From: a virus
Lineage: Duplodnaviria; Caudoviricetes
IMG/VR virus record: IMGVR_UViG_3300032284_003381
Location: 1 to 61,131 of that record
Strand: one strand, 5' to 3'
DNA length: 61,131 bases
A program made the position numbers and the translations under genes. The notes under the pieces were generated by a model. It was not told the origin of the DNA, ran no database searches, and was given only the letters and a program-made list of their open reading frames with translations. This document shows positions 29,249-38,323 of the stretch, piece after piece; position 1 is the first letter of the stretch; each line of letters begins with the position of its first letter.

Positions 29249-31666
29249 GTGGCAAATTATTTTCCGCCTTCATCAGTTTATCCTAAAAATTACGATAGCG
29301 ACTATTCGTTGTTTTTAGTTTTTAATACAGCAGAAACAATTACTACACAAGATAATTCGCCTTGGGCAGATGAAATAAGTATTCGACCTGTACCCCCTGA
29401 CAAAGATGAGATATGGGCTAGCAATGGTTTTGCAAATATAGAAGGAGAGTTATTTTATTATGATTCCGTAGAGTTAGATACAAATGGAAAAATAAACAAA
29501 CTTAAAAGATGCTCAAGAAATTTAGGCGGAACTCATACAAAACAAAATAACGCAGGTTCTGAAGTTCGTGGATATGTTGTAGCAGAACACCACAATCAAA
29601 TTGTTAATGCAATTTTAAATATTGAAAGCTTTGTTGGCGAAAATTTTTCTACAGATCAAAAAACGTTAGATTGGAGAATTAGACATTTACAGCAATTATC
29701 GACAATATTTGATGACTTCACTTGTCCAACAATAAATTTTAGCTATGAAACTATAAGTAACGATCCCGCAACCGGCATTGTGATTCAATATAGCATAGTT
29801 GTCGATGGCATTTTTACTAGTTTTAGATTAGATTTTGGAGATGGAGAGTTCACCACAACTTCTCTTGCAGGAACCCACCAATATTCTCCAAACGCCCTAA
29901 TTGATCCAATTGTTACAGTTTCAAATTCTAAATGCACAATAGTACAAAGTCCTATTGAAAGAAATGCAACTTCAGAACCAACAGCAGCACCGACTACAAG
30001 CACATTGCTGATAGAAGTTCCGACTATACCAAATTTCCCAACTTTCAATATACCAACAATATCAGAACCTTCAAACATTGTAACAATACCACCAATTGTT
30101 TTTCCATGTTTAGACATAGGACCAATTGGACCAATAAATATACCTTCAATAATTGTTGTTGAACCACCAATTAACATACCTTCTTTAATTACCTTTGGTC
30201 CAGTACCAAATTTTGCAACAAAAATTACTTTTAGTCCCTTGCCAACTTTACCAAGCAAAATTACTTTTGGACCAATACCAACGTTACCACAAACAATTAC
30301 TTTTGGACCATTACCAACTTTTCCGACAGAAATTAAATTTGGACCACTGCCGACATTACCAACAGAAATTAAGTTCGGTCCATTGCCGACATTTCCAACA
30401 GAAATTAAATTTGGTCCAATACCGATATTCCCAACACAAATTAATGTTGGACCATTACCAACATTCCCAACACAAATTAATGTTGGACCATTACCAACAT
30501 TCCCAACACAAATTAATGTTGGACCACTACCGAAATTCCCAACGGAAATTAAATTTGGACCACTACCAAAAATTCCAACGGAAATTAAATTTGGACCACT
30601 ACCAAAAATTCCAACGGAAATTAAATTTGGACCATTACCAAAAATTCCAACGGAAATTAAATTTGGACCATTACCAAATATTCCAACAGAGATTAAATTT
30701 GGACCATTGCCAAAGATTCCAACAGAGATTAAATTTGGACCATTGCCAAAGATTCCTAGTAAAATTACCTTTGGTCCAGTGAATATTCCTAGAACAATTA
30801 ATGTTGTAGATAACATACCACCAACAATTGCATTAGTTGGCGGTCCAAGCTCGATAACCCTTGTTGCTCCAGCAGCAATTCCATTGGTCAGTCCGGGACC
30901 AATCCCGTTGGTCGGACCAAGCTCGATCCAATTGGTTGGTGTTCCAAGTTCAATTAGTCTTCAATGTTGTAGTTCGATTGCGGTAACAGGCATACCGCCA
31001 TCAATTAGTGTAAATTGGGCACCCGTTCCCGTGCTAACTTGCGTTGTAACAGTGTCTTGCCCATCAAGCACACCTTCGGCATCGCCATTTGTTAGAAATT
31101 CCATTTTGGATGGAATTCCAGAATTTGACAACACAGTTGATATGCAAGTATCAGATTTAGGGATACCATCTGAGATTTTAGTTAAAATGCCAGAAATGTC
31201 TGACATTAAAATTATCCATGATATTCCAGCAATTATTCGAGTAGAAGCTCCAAAAATACCTGATATACAGATTATTGGACCTAAAACGCCTTTACCGCAA
31301 GAAATAAAAATTATTTCCGATAATATTCCAAGTACAATTGAACTTGTTTCTAAAGATTTACCAGAATCAATTAAATTAGATGTTTCAGATTTACCAAGAG
31401 CAATTAAATTAGATATTCCCGAAACTCTTCCTGATATCAAGATTGATGCCAGCGGTATTCCAGACAAAATCCAAGTTGTTGGAATTCCATCAGCTATTGA
31501 ATTATTTGGAGCACCAAGCGAAATTAAATTGGTTTTACCAGATAAGCCTGAAGTTGAATTGGTTTACAAAGGTGCTCCTATAGATGTGAAAATTAATTTA
31601 GATGTAAGTAGATTAACAGGAGAAGATAATGGACAATGCGTAGCTATTGTCCCTTGCAAAACTTGA
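29249..31666 (+). CDS. PKD-like fibre protein, paralogue 3, with Pro-rich repeat shaft
   Basis: AEHHN motif, FRLDFGDG...HQY PKD-like segment and about 17 PTEIKFGPLPKI-type repeats. Confidence 0.75.
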   Translation: MANYFPPSSVYPKNYDSDYSLFLVFNTAETITTQDNSPWADEISIRPVPPDKDEIWASNGFANIEGELFYYDSVELDTNGKINKLKRCSRNLGGTHTKQNNAGSEVRGYVVAEHHNQIVNAILNIESFVGENFSTDQKTLDWRIRHLQQLSTIFDDFTCPTINFSYETISNDPATGIVIQYSIVVDGIFTSFRLDFGDGEFTTTSLAGTHQYSPNALIDPIVTVSNSKCTIVQSPIERNATSEPTAAPTTSTLLIEVPTIPNFPTFNIPTISEPSNIVTIPPIVFPCLDIGPIGPINIPSIIVVEPPINIPSLITFGPVPNFATKITFSPLPTLPSKITFGPIPTLPQTITFGPLPTFPTEIKFGPLPTLPTEIKFGPLPTFPTEIKFGPIPIFPTQINVGPLPTFPTQINVGPLPTFPTQINVGPLPKFPTEIKFGPLPKIPTEIKFGPLPKIPTEIKFGPLPKIPTEIKFGPLPNIPTEIKFGPLPKIPTEIKFGPLPKIPSKITFGPVNIPRTINVVDNIPPTIALVGGPSSITLVAPAAIPLVSPGPIPLVGPSSIQLVGVPSSISLQCCSSIAVTGIPPSISVNWAPVPVLTCVVTVSCPSSTPSASPFVRNSILDGIPEFDNTVDMQVSDLGIPSEILVKMPEMSDIKIIHDIPAIIRVEAPKIPDIQIIGPKTPLPQEIKIISDNIPSTIELVSKDLPESIKLDVSDLPRAIKLDIPETLPDIKIDASGIPDKIQVVGIPSAIELFGAPSEIKLVLPDKPEVELVYKGAPIDVKINLDVSRLTGEDNGQCVAIVPCKT
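30179..30787 (+). repeat. Coding tandem repeat, 36-nt unit (12 aa), about 17 copies
   Basis: Consensus CCAACxGAAATTAAATTTGGACCAxTACCAAxAxTT. There are 16 full units from 30179 to 30754 plus one truncated unit. Confidence 0.95.
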
Positions 31667-31758
31667 AAAAACAATTGCCACAAACTATTCCTTATTATCA
31701 AAGAATTTGAATGGAAAATGAGTTTGAGTTCAATTTACATGACTGGCGTACATAAACT

Positions 31759-32610
31759 ATGAAAATAAAAAAACATTTAAATGGCAATCATTATTTAACG
31801 ACTGATCAAAATAATTGGGTACGTAAATTCACAGAAAATAATGCTCCTTTTGTTGACCTTAATTCAACAATTGAAACCAAGGATCATTCTAGATTTCTTC
31901 AAAATGAAACAAAAAACGGTTTTAACAGATATGCTTGGATTGATGCAGAAAAATTTTTTCATCCAGACATCTTAATTATATCAGATGGATACAATTTTAA
32001 AGAAAAGCATTTATTGCTTAAAGATCTGCCAAAAAACGTCGTGATCATCGGCGTGAACGGAGTATTGAATAAGTGGGAATTTTCAGAAAGAAATATCAAT
32101 TACTATGTTGTTAACAATCCATATGATGAATGCATGAAATATTTACCAAGAAGAGCAAAACTTTTACCTACATGTATTGCATCTCCTAGAACAAACCATG
32201 AATTTTTATCTAATTACAGAGGAACAAAATATAGATATTATCCTGTAAATGAAAAAAACTATATTACATCTGGTCAAAAAGAAGTTGAATGGCAAATTGA
32301 TGATTATAGAAATCCAATTTGTGCAGCAATAGGATTAGCTTATAGATTTGGTGTTCAAAAATTAATGTTATTTTGTTGCGACGATTCATTTAAAGATGAA
32401 CGTCCAAATTCAATTAAGCTAGAAAATGGTTTATGGATGTATCCACAACATCAAACTGCACACGGATTGATTGATGGCAATTTATATTGGTTAAAAAATC
32501 AGCCATATCAAGAAATTTTAATTGCAGATCATTCGAGTGGACCATTATATAAAAATGCATCATATATAGATGAAGAAAATTTATTAGATTTTTTTAGGAC
32601 AGACAAATGA
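31759..32610 (+). CDS. Rossmann-like protein resembling Maf/DUF115 or sialyltransferase-type folds
   Basis: DILIISDGYNF...VVIIGVNG...INYYVVNNP...AAIGLAYRFGVQKLMLFCCD, compared with the canonical IVGxGPS ... AxxLGxxxIxLxGxD. Confidence 0.5.
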   Translation: MKIKKHLNGNHYLTTDQNNWVRKFTENNAPFVDLNSTIETKDHSRFLQNETKNGFNRYAWIDAEKFFHPDILIISDGYNFKEKHLLLKDLPKNVVIIGVNGVLNKWEFSERNINYYVVNNPYDECMKYLPRRAKLLPTCIASPRTNHEFLSNYRGTKYRYYPVNEKNYITSGQKEVEWQIDDYRNPICAAIGLAYRFGVQKLMLFCCDDSFKDERPNSIKLENGLWMYPQHQTAHGLIDGNLYWLKNQPYQEILIADHSSGPLYKNASYIDEENLLDFFRTDK

Positions 32611-32912
32611 AAAAAAGGAATGAGCAAAAAGATCCATTTGGGTTTTTTGATTTAAGTGATTTCAAAAATTGGATGAATCAACAAAAAGATACAAGACCCA
32701 AAATAGAAATCATAGGTCTCCATGTAGAATCAAGAGCTAACTTGAAAAGACTTTTATCAAAAATAGAAATTTGCGAAGGTGAAATTGATGAAGTTGCCAA
32801 AGATTTCAAAGAAAATGGCGGAATCATTTCAGAGGCAGATGGTCACAAATTTCTTATAGATGTAGATAGTGGATCTTTTATTATTCATAGGATGCATGTA
32901 AAAAGAAGCTAA
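32607..32912 (+). CDS. Hypothetical protein
   Basis: ATGA overlap with the upstream stop and an AGGA SD. Confidence 0.65.
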   Translation: MKKRNEQKDPFGFFDLSDFKNWMNQQKDTRPKIEIIGLHVESRANLKRLLSKIEICEGEIDEVAKDFKENGGIISEADGHKFLIDVDSGSFIIHRMHVKRS

Positions 32913-33274
32913 TATTTTTGAGCCATAATTTTTTTATTTGGTAAACATGATCCATTTATTGTTACTATTTCTGATCTTGATTGCTCAAATTCAGGTCGAT
33001 CATTTAAAGGAAGGTTTGTGTATCCTCTTTTTCTCAATGATGCACAAAGTTCGCTAAAAGAATTTGCAGATTCAATCCAAGGTTCCCACATCATTCTATG
33101 TTCATAAAAAATTTGGTTTAAACCAGAATTCCAACTTTGTGGAAGTTGAAAAGAAGATATGTCGTTATGTCTAGATGCTATTTGTGGTGTGCTTTTGAAT
33201 TTAGCCAATATTCTGATGCCGCTTTTATCTCTTTTTGCTAAATAAAAATAAAGATCATTCATTTTTTGTGGCAT
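32909..33274 (-). CDS. Hypothetical protein
   Basis: 121-aa ORF with AAAGGGA SD. Its stop overlaps the convergent gene. Confidence 0.65.
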   Translation of the reverse strand: MPQKMNDLYFYLAKRDKSGIRILAKFKSTPQIASRHNDISSFQLPQSWNSGLNQIFYEHRMMWEPWIESANSFSELCASLRKRGYTNLPLNDRPEFEQSRSEIVTINGSCLPNKKIMAQKY

Positions 33275-33419
33275 AATTTTTCCCTTTCTTTAATTCCATC
33301 AAAAGTTCTTCAAAAACAATTTCCACAATTATTCTATTATATTCATCACTTTGTCCAAATTGTTGTGCAAGTATTTTTATTGCTTCTGTACACACAATTG
33401 TATCATGGTCGTCTTTCAT
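33255..33419 (-). CDS. Small acidic protein (54 aa), not in ORF track
   Basis: MKDDHDTIVCTEAIKILAQQFGQSDEYNRIIVEIVFEELLMELKKGKNYATKNE*. A GAGGT SD lies upstream and the stop overlaps the next gene. Confidence 0.5.
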   Translation of the reverse strand: MKDDHDTIVCTEAIKILAQQFGQSDEYNRIIVEIVFEELLMELKKGKNYATKNE

Positions 33420-34029
33420 GCCAATACCTCTACCTCAGTACGCCAATATAAAAGATAATTACTGCATTACTTATTTTGGAAACAACAAGGAATATTTGAT
33501 ACAACTCAAACTTTTGCGTCCATTTATGGAAAAAACATTTCCGGGCATAAAAGTATATATTGGTTGCCACGACAATGCTTTTTATTTACTTCAAAATGAA
33601 GACAGAATAATCAAAAAATCTGAATTAAAAGACAAAAAACACCAATTCGCATATGTTAGAGAATTAGTGTGCGACATGAAATGTCATCCAATTGAAGAAT
33701 TCATGCTTGAGTCTGATATTCCTTGCGGTCCAATTGTAGAAAAACATGTCACCAAGCTTGATAAATGCGTTCTTTTGACAAATGGAATAATCCCTGTAAA
33801 AACACTAACTGGCGAACAAATTAAATCTGCAATTAATTACATTCGCAGTAAAGGATGCGAACCAAGATTAAATGATTCTATTGAGGATGCAGGGTGGGTA
33901 ATAGGAGTGGAATGCGATCAATTGTATCAAGCAGGAGCAGAAGGAAAGATGACGACATTGATTCCCACAGGATTGGGTGAAAATTTATACAAGAAAATGT
34001 TCCCATCTGGTGAAATATTAAGGTTATAA
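33418..34029 (+). CDS. Hypothetical protein, possibly a degenerate GT-B (GT9-like) fold
   Basis: LLRPFMEKTFPGIKVYIGC...IEDAGWVIGVECDQLYQAGAEGKMTTLI parallels the GT9 ADxxIGxDSGxxHxAxAxGKP pattern. Confidence 0.55.
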   Translation: MPIPLPQYANIKDNYCITYFGNNKEYLIQLKLLRPFMEKTFPGIKVYIGCHDNAFYLLQNEDRIIKKSELKDKKHQFAYVRELVCDMKCHPIEEFMLESDIPCGPIVEKHVTKLDKCVLLTNGIIPVKTLTGEQIKSAINYIRSKGCEPRLNDSIEDAGWVIGVECDQLYQAGAEGKMTTLIPTGLGENLYKKMFPSGEILRL

Positions 34030-34089
34030 AGGATAAATAATATTGAAGTAGGGTTTGCAATAGACACTCTATACACTCCAAGGAGAAAA

Positions 34090-34704
34090 ATGAGCGTATT
34101 TAAAGTCACATTAAACAATAGTGCTCAAGGAGCATTGGATTTAAATCCAAGCACAGCTATACCAATGACAGGTGGCAACTATGGAAATCTTGGACAGGAA
34201 ATGAATCCTTCTGTTCAAAGAACAGTTTATGTTGCTGGACCAAATAGAATTTACCGTAAATTGAAGGATGGTCAGCAATTTACAGACTGTAATTACTGGA
34301 AGAGATTTGCATATCCAAATCTTCCTCTTGATCAGGCATTTATTACAGTTGTATCTGATGATGGATCTATTTACAGTGACATCTCGGAAGAAAATACATA
34401 TCCATTAGTCTACAATTTAGCTGTCGCAAACGTATCTACATTTGCCGAAAATACTGTTGACATTCTTGGCGATACAGGCGGTTTTGCTGTATTCGTGCAG
34501 ATTGCCAACCAAGGTTCTACGCCCGTTAAAGTTCGTCTAAATGGTTCTGCCAATGCCATTTTCGATCTTGGCGCAAGCGAAACACAAGTATTTAACAGTG
34601 GCGATTTAAGTATCACCATGTTGGAATTTGCCAATACTGTTTCTGGTGGTTCAGAAACAGACATTCAAGTTCTTGTATCTGTTAGAACTGTTTGCCAAAG
34701 CTAA
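34090..34704 (+). CDS. Probable virion structural protein (beta-rich)
   Basis: Strong AAGGAG SD, upstream ATAAATA motif and its own terminator. Composition is rich in S/T/G/V/N. Confidence 0.6.
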   Translation: MSVFKVTLNNSAQGALDLNPSTAIPMTGGNYGNLGQEMNPSVQRTVYVAGPNRIYRKLKDGQQFTDCNYWKRFAYPNLPLDQAFITVVSDDGSIYSDISEENTYPLVYNLAVANVSTFAENTVDILGDTGGFAVFVQIANQGSTPVKVRLNGSANAIFDLGASETQVFNSGDLSITMLEFANTVSGGSETDIQVLVSVRTVCQS

Positions 34705-34723
34705 TAAAAATTAATTTTTTATT

Positions 34724-34760
34724 ACCCAGTTAGTTAATTCTAACTGGGTTTTATTTTTTT
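34724..34760 (+). terminator. Intrinsic terminator
   Basis: ACCCAGTTAG-ttaatt-CTAACTGGGT followed by TTTATTTTTTT. Confidence 0.85.
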
Positions 34761-34775
34761 ACACTCTTTAATAAT

Positions 34776-35720
34776 ATGGCACAAAGATTTAAAAAACAAG
34801 AAAAAAAAATTCCATTAAGCCTAAAAGATTTTTATAATATAAGGAATAGAGTTCTGTTTTTACATAACCAAGGAGGATTAGGCGATCTTTTAATGCATAG
34901 AATGATTTTTCAAGATTGCAAAAAAACATTTCAAGAAATAGAAATATTTTTTGCACATGACTCTGCGTATAAAGAAGCAATTATCGATCATCCAGAAATA
35001 AATTGCGTTGACGAAACGACATTAAATTTAGATAATTTTCTCATGTCTTACGAAACTTCTGTAAAGACAGCGGATCGATATGAAAATACAAACACACCAT
35101 GCTCAGAACACAGATCAGATATTTGGGCAAAATATTGCGGCATAAAACTTGAAAATCACGATATGCAATTTAATTTAAATCAAGAAAAAATTGATGTCTT
35201 TAGAAATCATTTGAAAATTAAAGATGCTCCAATAATAATTTTTTGTCCAATCTCAAAAATGACAACCAAAACATTGTTGAATCATCAAATAAAAGCAATA
35301 GTTGAAGTAACAAAAGACCATAATCTTTATGGTTTACACACAAAAGAAATTTCAGAATTATCTAAATTAAACATAAAAACAATTAGTGAAGTATCTTTGA
35401 GTGACTGGATGCATTATATTGCCGCAGCAGATTATGTGATATCTGTGGATACAGCAGCTTTTCACATGGCAGGGGGACTAAAAAAACCTTTACTTGGCAT
35501 TTTTACATTTGCCGATGGAAAAGCATATGGAAAATATTTTGACTTTGTTCTTGTGCAAAAACATCGAGATGACGGAAATTGGGATTGTGGACCATGTTAT
35601 AAATTTTGCCAATGCATTAAATCCAACAAACCTCAAAAACCTTGTTTGACAGAGATTACAAAAGAAGAATTACAATTTGGTGTTTTACAAATGTTTGAAA
35701 AATGGAAAAAAATTAATTGA
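34776..35720 (+). CDS. Glycosyltransferase family 9 (heptosyltransferase-like)
   Basis: GGLGDLLM, ADYVISVDTAAFHMAGGLKKPLLGIF and a C-terminal CGPCY..C..C..CL cluster. Confidence 0.88.
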   Translation: MAQRFKKQEKKIPLSLKDFYNIRNRVLFLHNQGGLGDLLMHRMIFQDCKKTFQEIEIFFAHDSAYKEAIIDHPEINCVDETTLNLDNFLMSYETSVKTADRYENTNTPCSEHRSDIWAKYCGIKLENHDMQFNLNQEKIDVFRNHLKIKDAPIIIFCPISKMTTKTLLNHQIKAIVEVTKDHNLYGLHTKEISELSKLNIKTISEVSLSDWMHYIAAADYVISVDTAAFHMAGGLKKPLLGIFTFADGKAYGKYFDFVLVQKHRDDGNWDCGPCYKFCQCIKSNKPQKPCLTEITKEELQFGVLQMFEKWKKIN

Positions 35721-35774
35721 CACTAAATTAATTGATATCTGGTAAAAAAATGTGTACAGTCCAATAAATAAGAT

Positions 35775-36029
35775 ATGGCACAGTTAATTAAGCCCGGATC
35801 AGTTAAGATAATAACAAATGAAGGTGAAGTTCAAGTTTCAATAACTTTAGAACTTAACATCAATTTAAACACTGACAGTATTAAGGTTGTATCTCAACAA
35901 ATAGAAGAAAACAATAAAGAAGAAAAGAAAAAAGAAGAAAAGAAAAAAGAAGAAAAAAATATTTCAGATGATTGGTTAATCCCTGATTTTGGAACTTCTC
36001 CAAAACTTAATTTCGGAAAGAAGGAATAA
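35775..36029 (+). CDS. Hypothetical protein (84 aa)
   Basis: Clean ORF with ATAAATA 4 nt upstream. Contains an EEKKK tandem repeat. Confidence 0.65.
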   Translation: MAQLIKPGSVKIITNEGEVQVSITLELNINLNTDSIKVVSQQIEENNKEEKKKEEKKKEEKNISDDWLIPDFGTSPKLNFGKKE

Positions 36030-36070
36030 GATGATATTCATACTCTCATAATAAAACTAGAAACAAAAAA

Positions 36071-36790
36071 ATGATAGGAATTTATGGAATCAAAAATAAA
36101 GTAAATGGAAAAATTTACATTGGACAAAGTGTGCAAATACGAAAAAGAAAAACTAGACATTTTTATGAGTTAAGACACGGAAAACATAGAAATCAACATT
36201 TACAAAAAAGCTTCGATCAATATGGAGAAAACAATTTCGAATTTATTACATTGCAATTATGTAAACAAGAAGAACTAAATGATTTAGAACAAAAGTTTAT
36301 TGATGAATATAAAAAAGTCACAGAGATTTATAACCTTGCAGAGTATGTCAATGATACAAAAGGATATAAAAATCCATTTTTTGGAAAAAAACATAAAGAT
36401 TCGTCAAAAGCAGAAATGAGTGCTTGGAAAAAAGAACATTATGTCGGAGAAAATAATCCTAATTATGGAAAGAAAAATTCTCCAGAAGTCAGAAAAAAAA
36501 TGAGTTTGGGGCGAGGCATACTTAAAGAAAATGATGTGATAAAAATTGTAGAAAGACTTAGAAACAACGAATCGCACGCATCAATTGCCGCTGATTATAA
36601 TATTTCTAGAACTGTTATAACAAGAATTTCAAATGGCACACGATGGGCTAATATCACAGGCGGTCCTGTTTTTCCTGTCGTTTATAATAATGGAAAAAGA
36701 GTCTTTCAAGAAACTCATAAAAATAAATTAGTGGAAGCTCGTTGGCACAAAAATAAAGATGAAAAAACAAATAATCAAGATTTGACGTAA
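36071..36790 (+). mobile_element. Free-standing GIY-YIG homing endonuclease with NUMOD3 repeats and C-terminal HTH
   Basis: GIYGIKNKVNGKIYIGQS...R...H...HRNQHLQ, NPFFGKKH and NPNYGKKNS repeats, and SHASIAADYNISRTVITRI. Confidence 0.9.
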
Positions 36791-36814
36791 ACCCTTACAG
36801 GAGAAAGACTTACA

Positions 36815-37816
36815 ATGATAGGTTTTGATTGCGGCACCTACAATTTAGTTTGTAGTCACAGAGATGAAAAAGGAAATTTTGTTTACAAGCGTGAAGTAAA
36901 CGCTTTTTTGGAACTTCCATTAGACAATCGCTTTGTTTTCAATATGATGAAAACAGCAGGAGTTCCATTAATTGAACGTGAAAAAGTAGCATATGCATTA
37001 GGCGAAGCTGCCTGTAATATGGCATATACCATGAGTCAGATTGAATTAAAGCGTCCCATGATTCATGGATGCGTTAATCCGAAGGAAAAAGACGCTTTTC
37101 AAATCATGTCTATTATGATGCACAGTCTAATTGATGGCGTCAAAAAAAATGGAGAAACTCTTTATTACTGCGTTCCTGCCAATGCAATCAATGAAGAAAC
37201 AGATGCAGATTATCATCAAAGAATTTTAGCGGCTATTTTCAAGGCATATAAAAACGAATCTGGTTATACCGTTGATGCACATCCAATAAATGAAGCCTTG
37301 GCTCTTGCATATGCCGAACTAGGGAAGAAGGCATATACAGGAATTGCATGTAGCTTTGGTGGCGGAATGATCAATATTTGTTATGCAATGTATGGCAATC
37401 CAATATTTTCCTTTTCTATTGTCAATTCTGGTGATTGGATTGATCGTCAAGCTGCCAAAGCAACAGGCGAATCTATTGCATTTATTAATAAAGAAAAAAT
37501 GAAAATAGACTTATCCAAGAGTCCATCGACTTTAGTTGAACGAGCAATCAATACTCAATATAGACTTATGATTGAGCACGCAGTTGCTGGAATCAAAAAA
37601 GGTTTTGCTGATGTAACAAAAACAGTTAGAACCGATGATGCTGTTGATATTGTGGTTGCAGGAGGAACTTCTTCTCCAAATGGATTTACCGAAATTTTCA
37701 AAGAAACAATTGAGCAGGCTGATTTGCCAATCAAAATTGGCGAGATTATCAGACCAAATGATCCTTTGTATAGTGTTGCCAGAGGTTGTCTAATTGCTGC
37801 TGAAGCGGCAAAATAA
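36815..37816 (+). CDS. Actin-fold (ASKHA) ATPase, MreB/MamK/ParM-like
   Basis: Phosphate-1 IGFDCGTYN, LKRPM..G, YCVPA, connect-1 INEALA, phosphate-2 SFGGGMINI, adenosine VVAGGTS and connect-2 SVARG. Confidence 0.85.
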   Translation: MIGFDCGTYNLVCSHRDEKGNFVYKREVNAFLELPLDNRFVFNMMKTAGVPLIEREKVAYALGEAACNMAYTMSQIELKRPMIHGCVNPKEKDAFQIMSIMMHSLIDGVKKNGETLYYCVPANAINEETDADYHQRILAAIFKAYKNESGYTVDAHPINEALALAYAELGKKAYTGIACSFGGGMINICYAMYGNPIFSFSIVNSGDWIDRQAAKATGESIAFINKEKMKIDLSKSPSTLVERAINTQYRLMIEHAVAGIKKGFADVTKTVRTDDAVDIVVAGGTSSPNGFTEIFKETIEQADLPIKIGEIIRPNDPLYSVARGCLIAAEAAK

Positions 37817-37831
37817 ATAGAAAGAATTGAA

Positions 37832-38290
37832 ATGAAAAAGAATCAGAAGAGCGTAAGCGACCTTGGTGCCGCTGCGTATTTACTAATGCACGATTTGAAG
37901 GTAATTGGAAGACGAGGAAGAGATATATATTTTTTATTGTCTGATTATACATCAGAGCAATTTGACCAATTAACCTTGGATTATTTATCAAGTGAATTTC
38001 ATCGTTTTGATGCTTGCATTATGTCACTAAAGAAAATTGGTGAGTACAACTTTGATTTTAAGAGTTGTCATCGCTTTGTAACTGATTTGGGTGCAGCAGC
38101 TTATATTCTAATGCATAAATACAGAGTAGTTGGAAAAAGAGGAAAAGCGTTCTATTTTGAAGTAGATGAAGAGTCAGGTGATAAATTCGATGAAGTTGCT
38201 CTAGAATATATTTCCAGCGATTTTCATAGATTTGATTCTTGCTTAATGTCGCTAAAGAAAATTGGTGAATATATTAGCGAACAATCTTGA
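37832..38290 (+). CDS. Two-repeat protein (DUF5659-like, putative winged-helix DNA-binding)
   Basis: Two ~75-aa copies of V(S/T)DLGAAAY(L/I)LMH...G(R/K)RG...YF...SS(E/D)FHRFD(A/S)C(I/L)MSLKKIGEY. Confidence 0.65.
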   Translation: MKKNQKSVSDLGAAAYLLMHDLKVIGRRGRDIYFLLSDYTSEQFDQLTLDYLSSEFHRFDACIMSLKKIGEYNFDFKSCHRFVTDLGAAAYILMHKYRVVGKRGKAFYFEVDEESGDKFDEVALEYISSDFHRFDSCLMSLKKIGEYISEQS

Positions 38291-38323
38291 TTCAAGAATG
38301 ATATATAGAATCAAGGAGTGATT

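Noticed and set aside
30179-30787. 36-nt periodic repeat as a CRISPR array
   Set aside because: The units are contiguous with no unique spacers, vary mainly at synonymous positions and lie in frame within a fibre gene.
29785-30816. 343-aa minus-strand ORF and 195-aa alternate-frame ORF (30195-30782)
   Set aside because: These are shadows of the Pro-rich repeat. Stop-free frames arise automatically from the repeat unit.
36030-36814. Group I intron around the GIY-YIG gene
   Set aside because: The flanks are too short for a ribozyme core and both neighbouring genes look complete.
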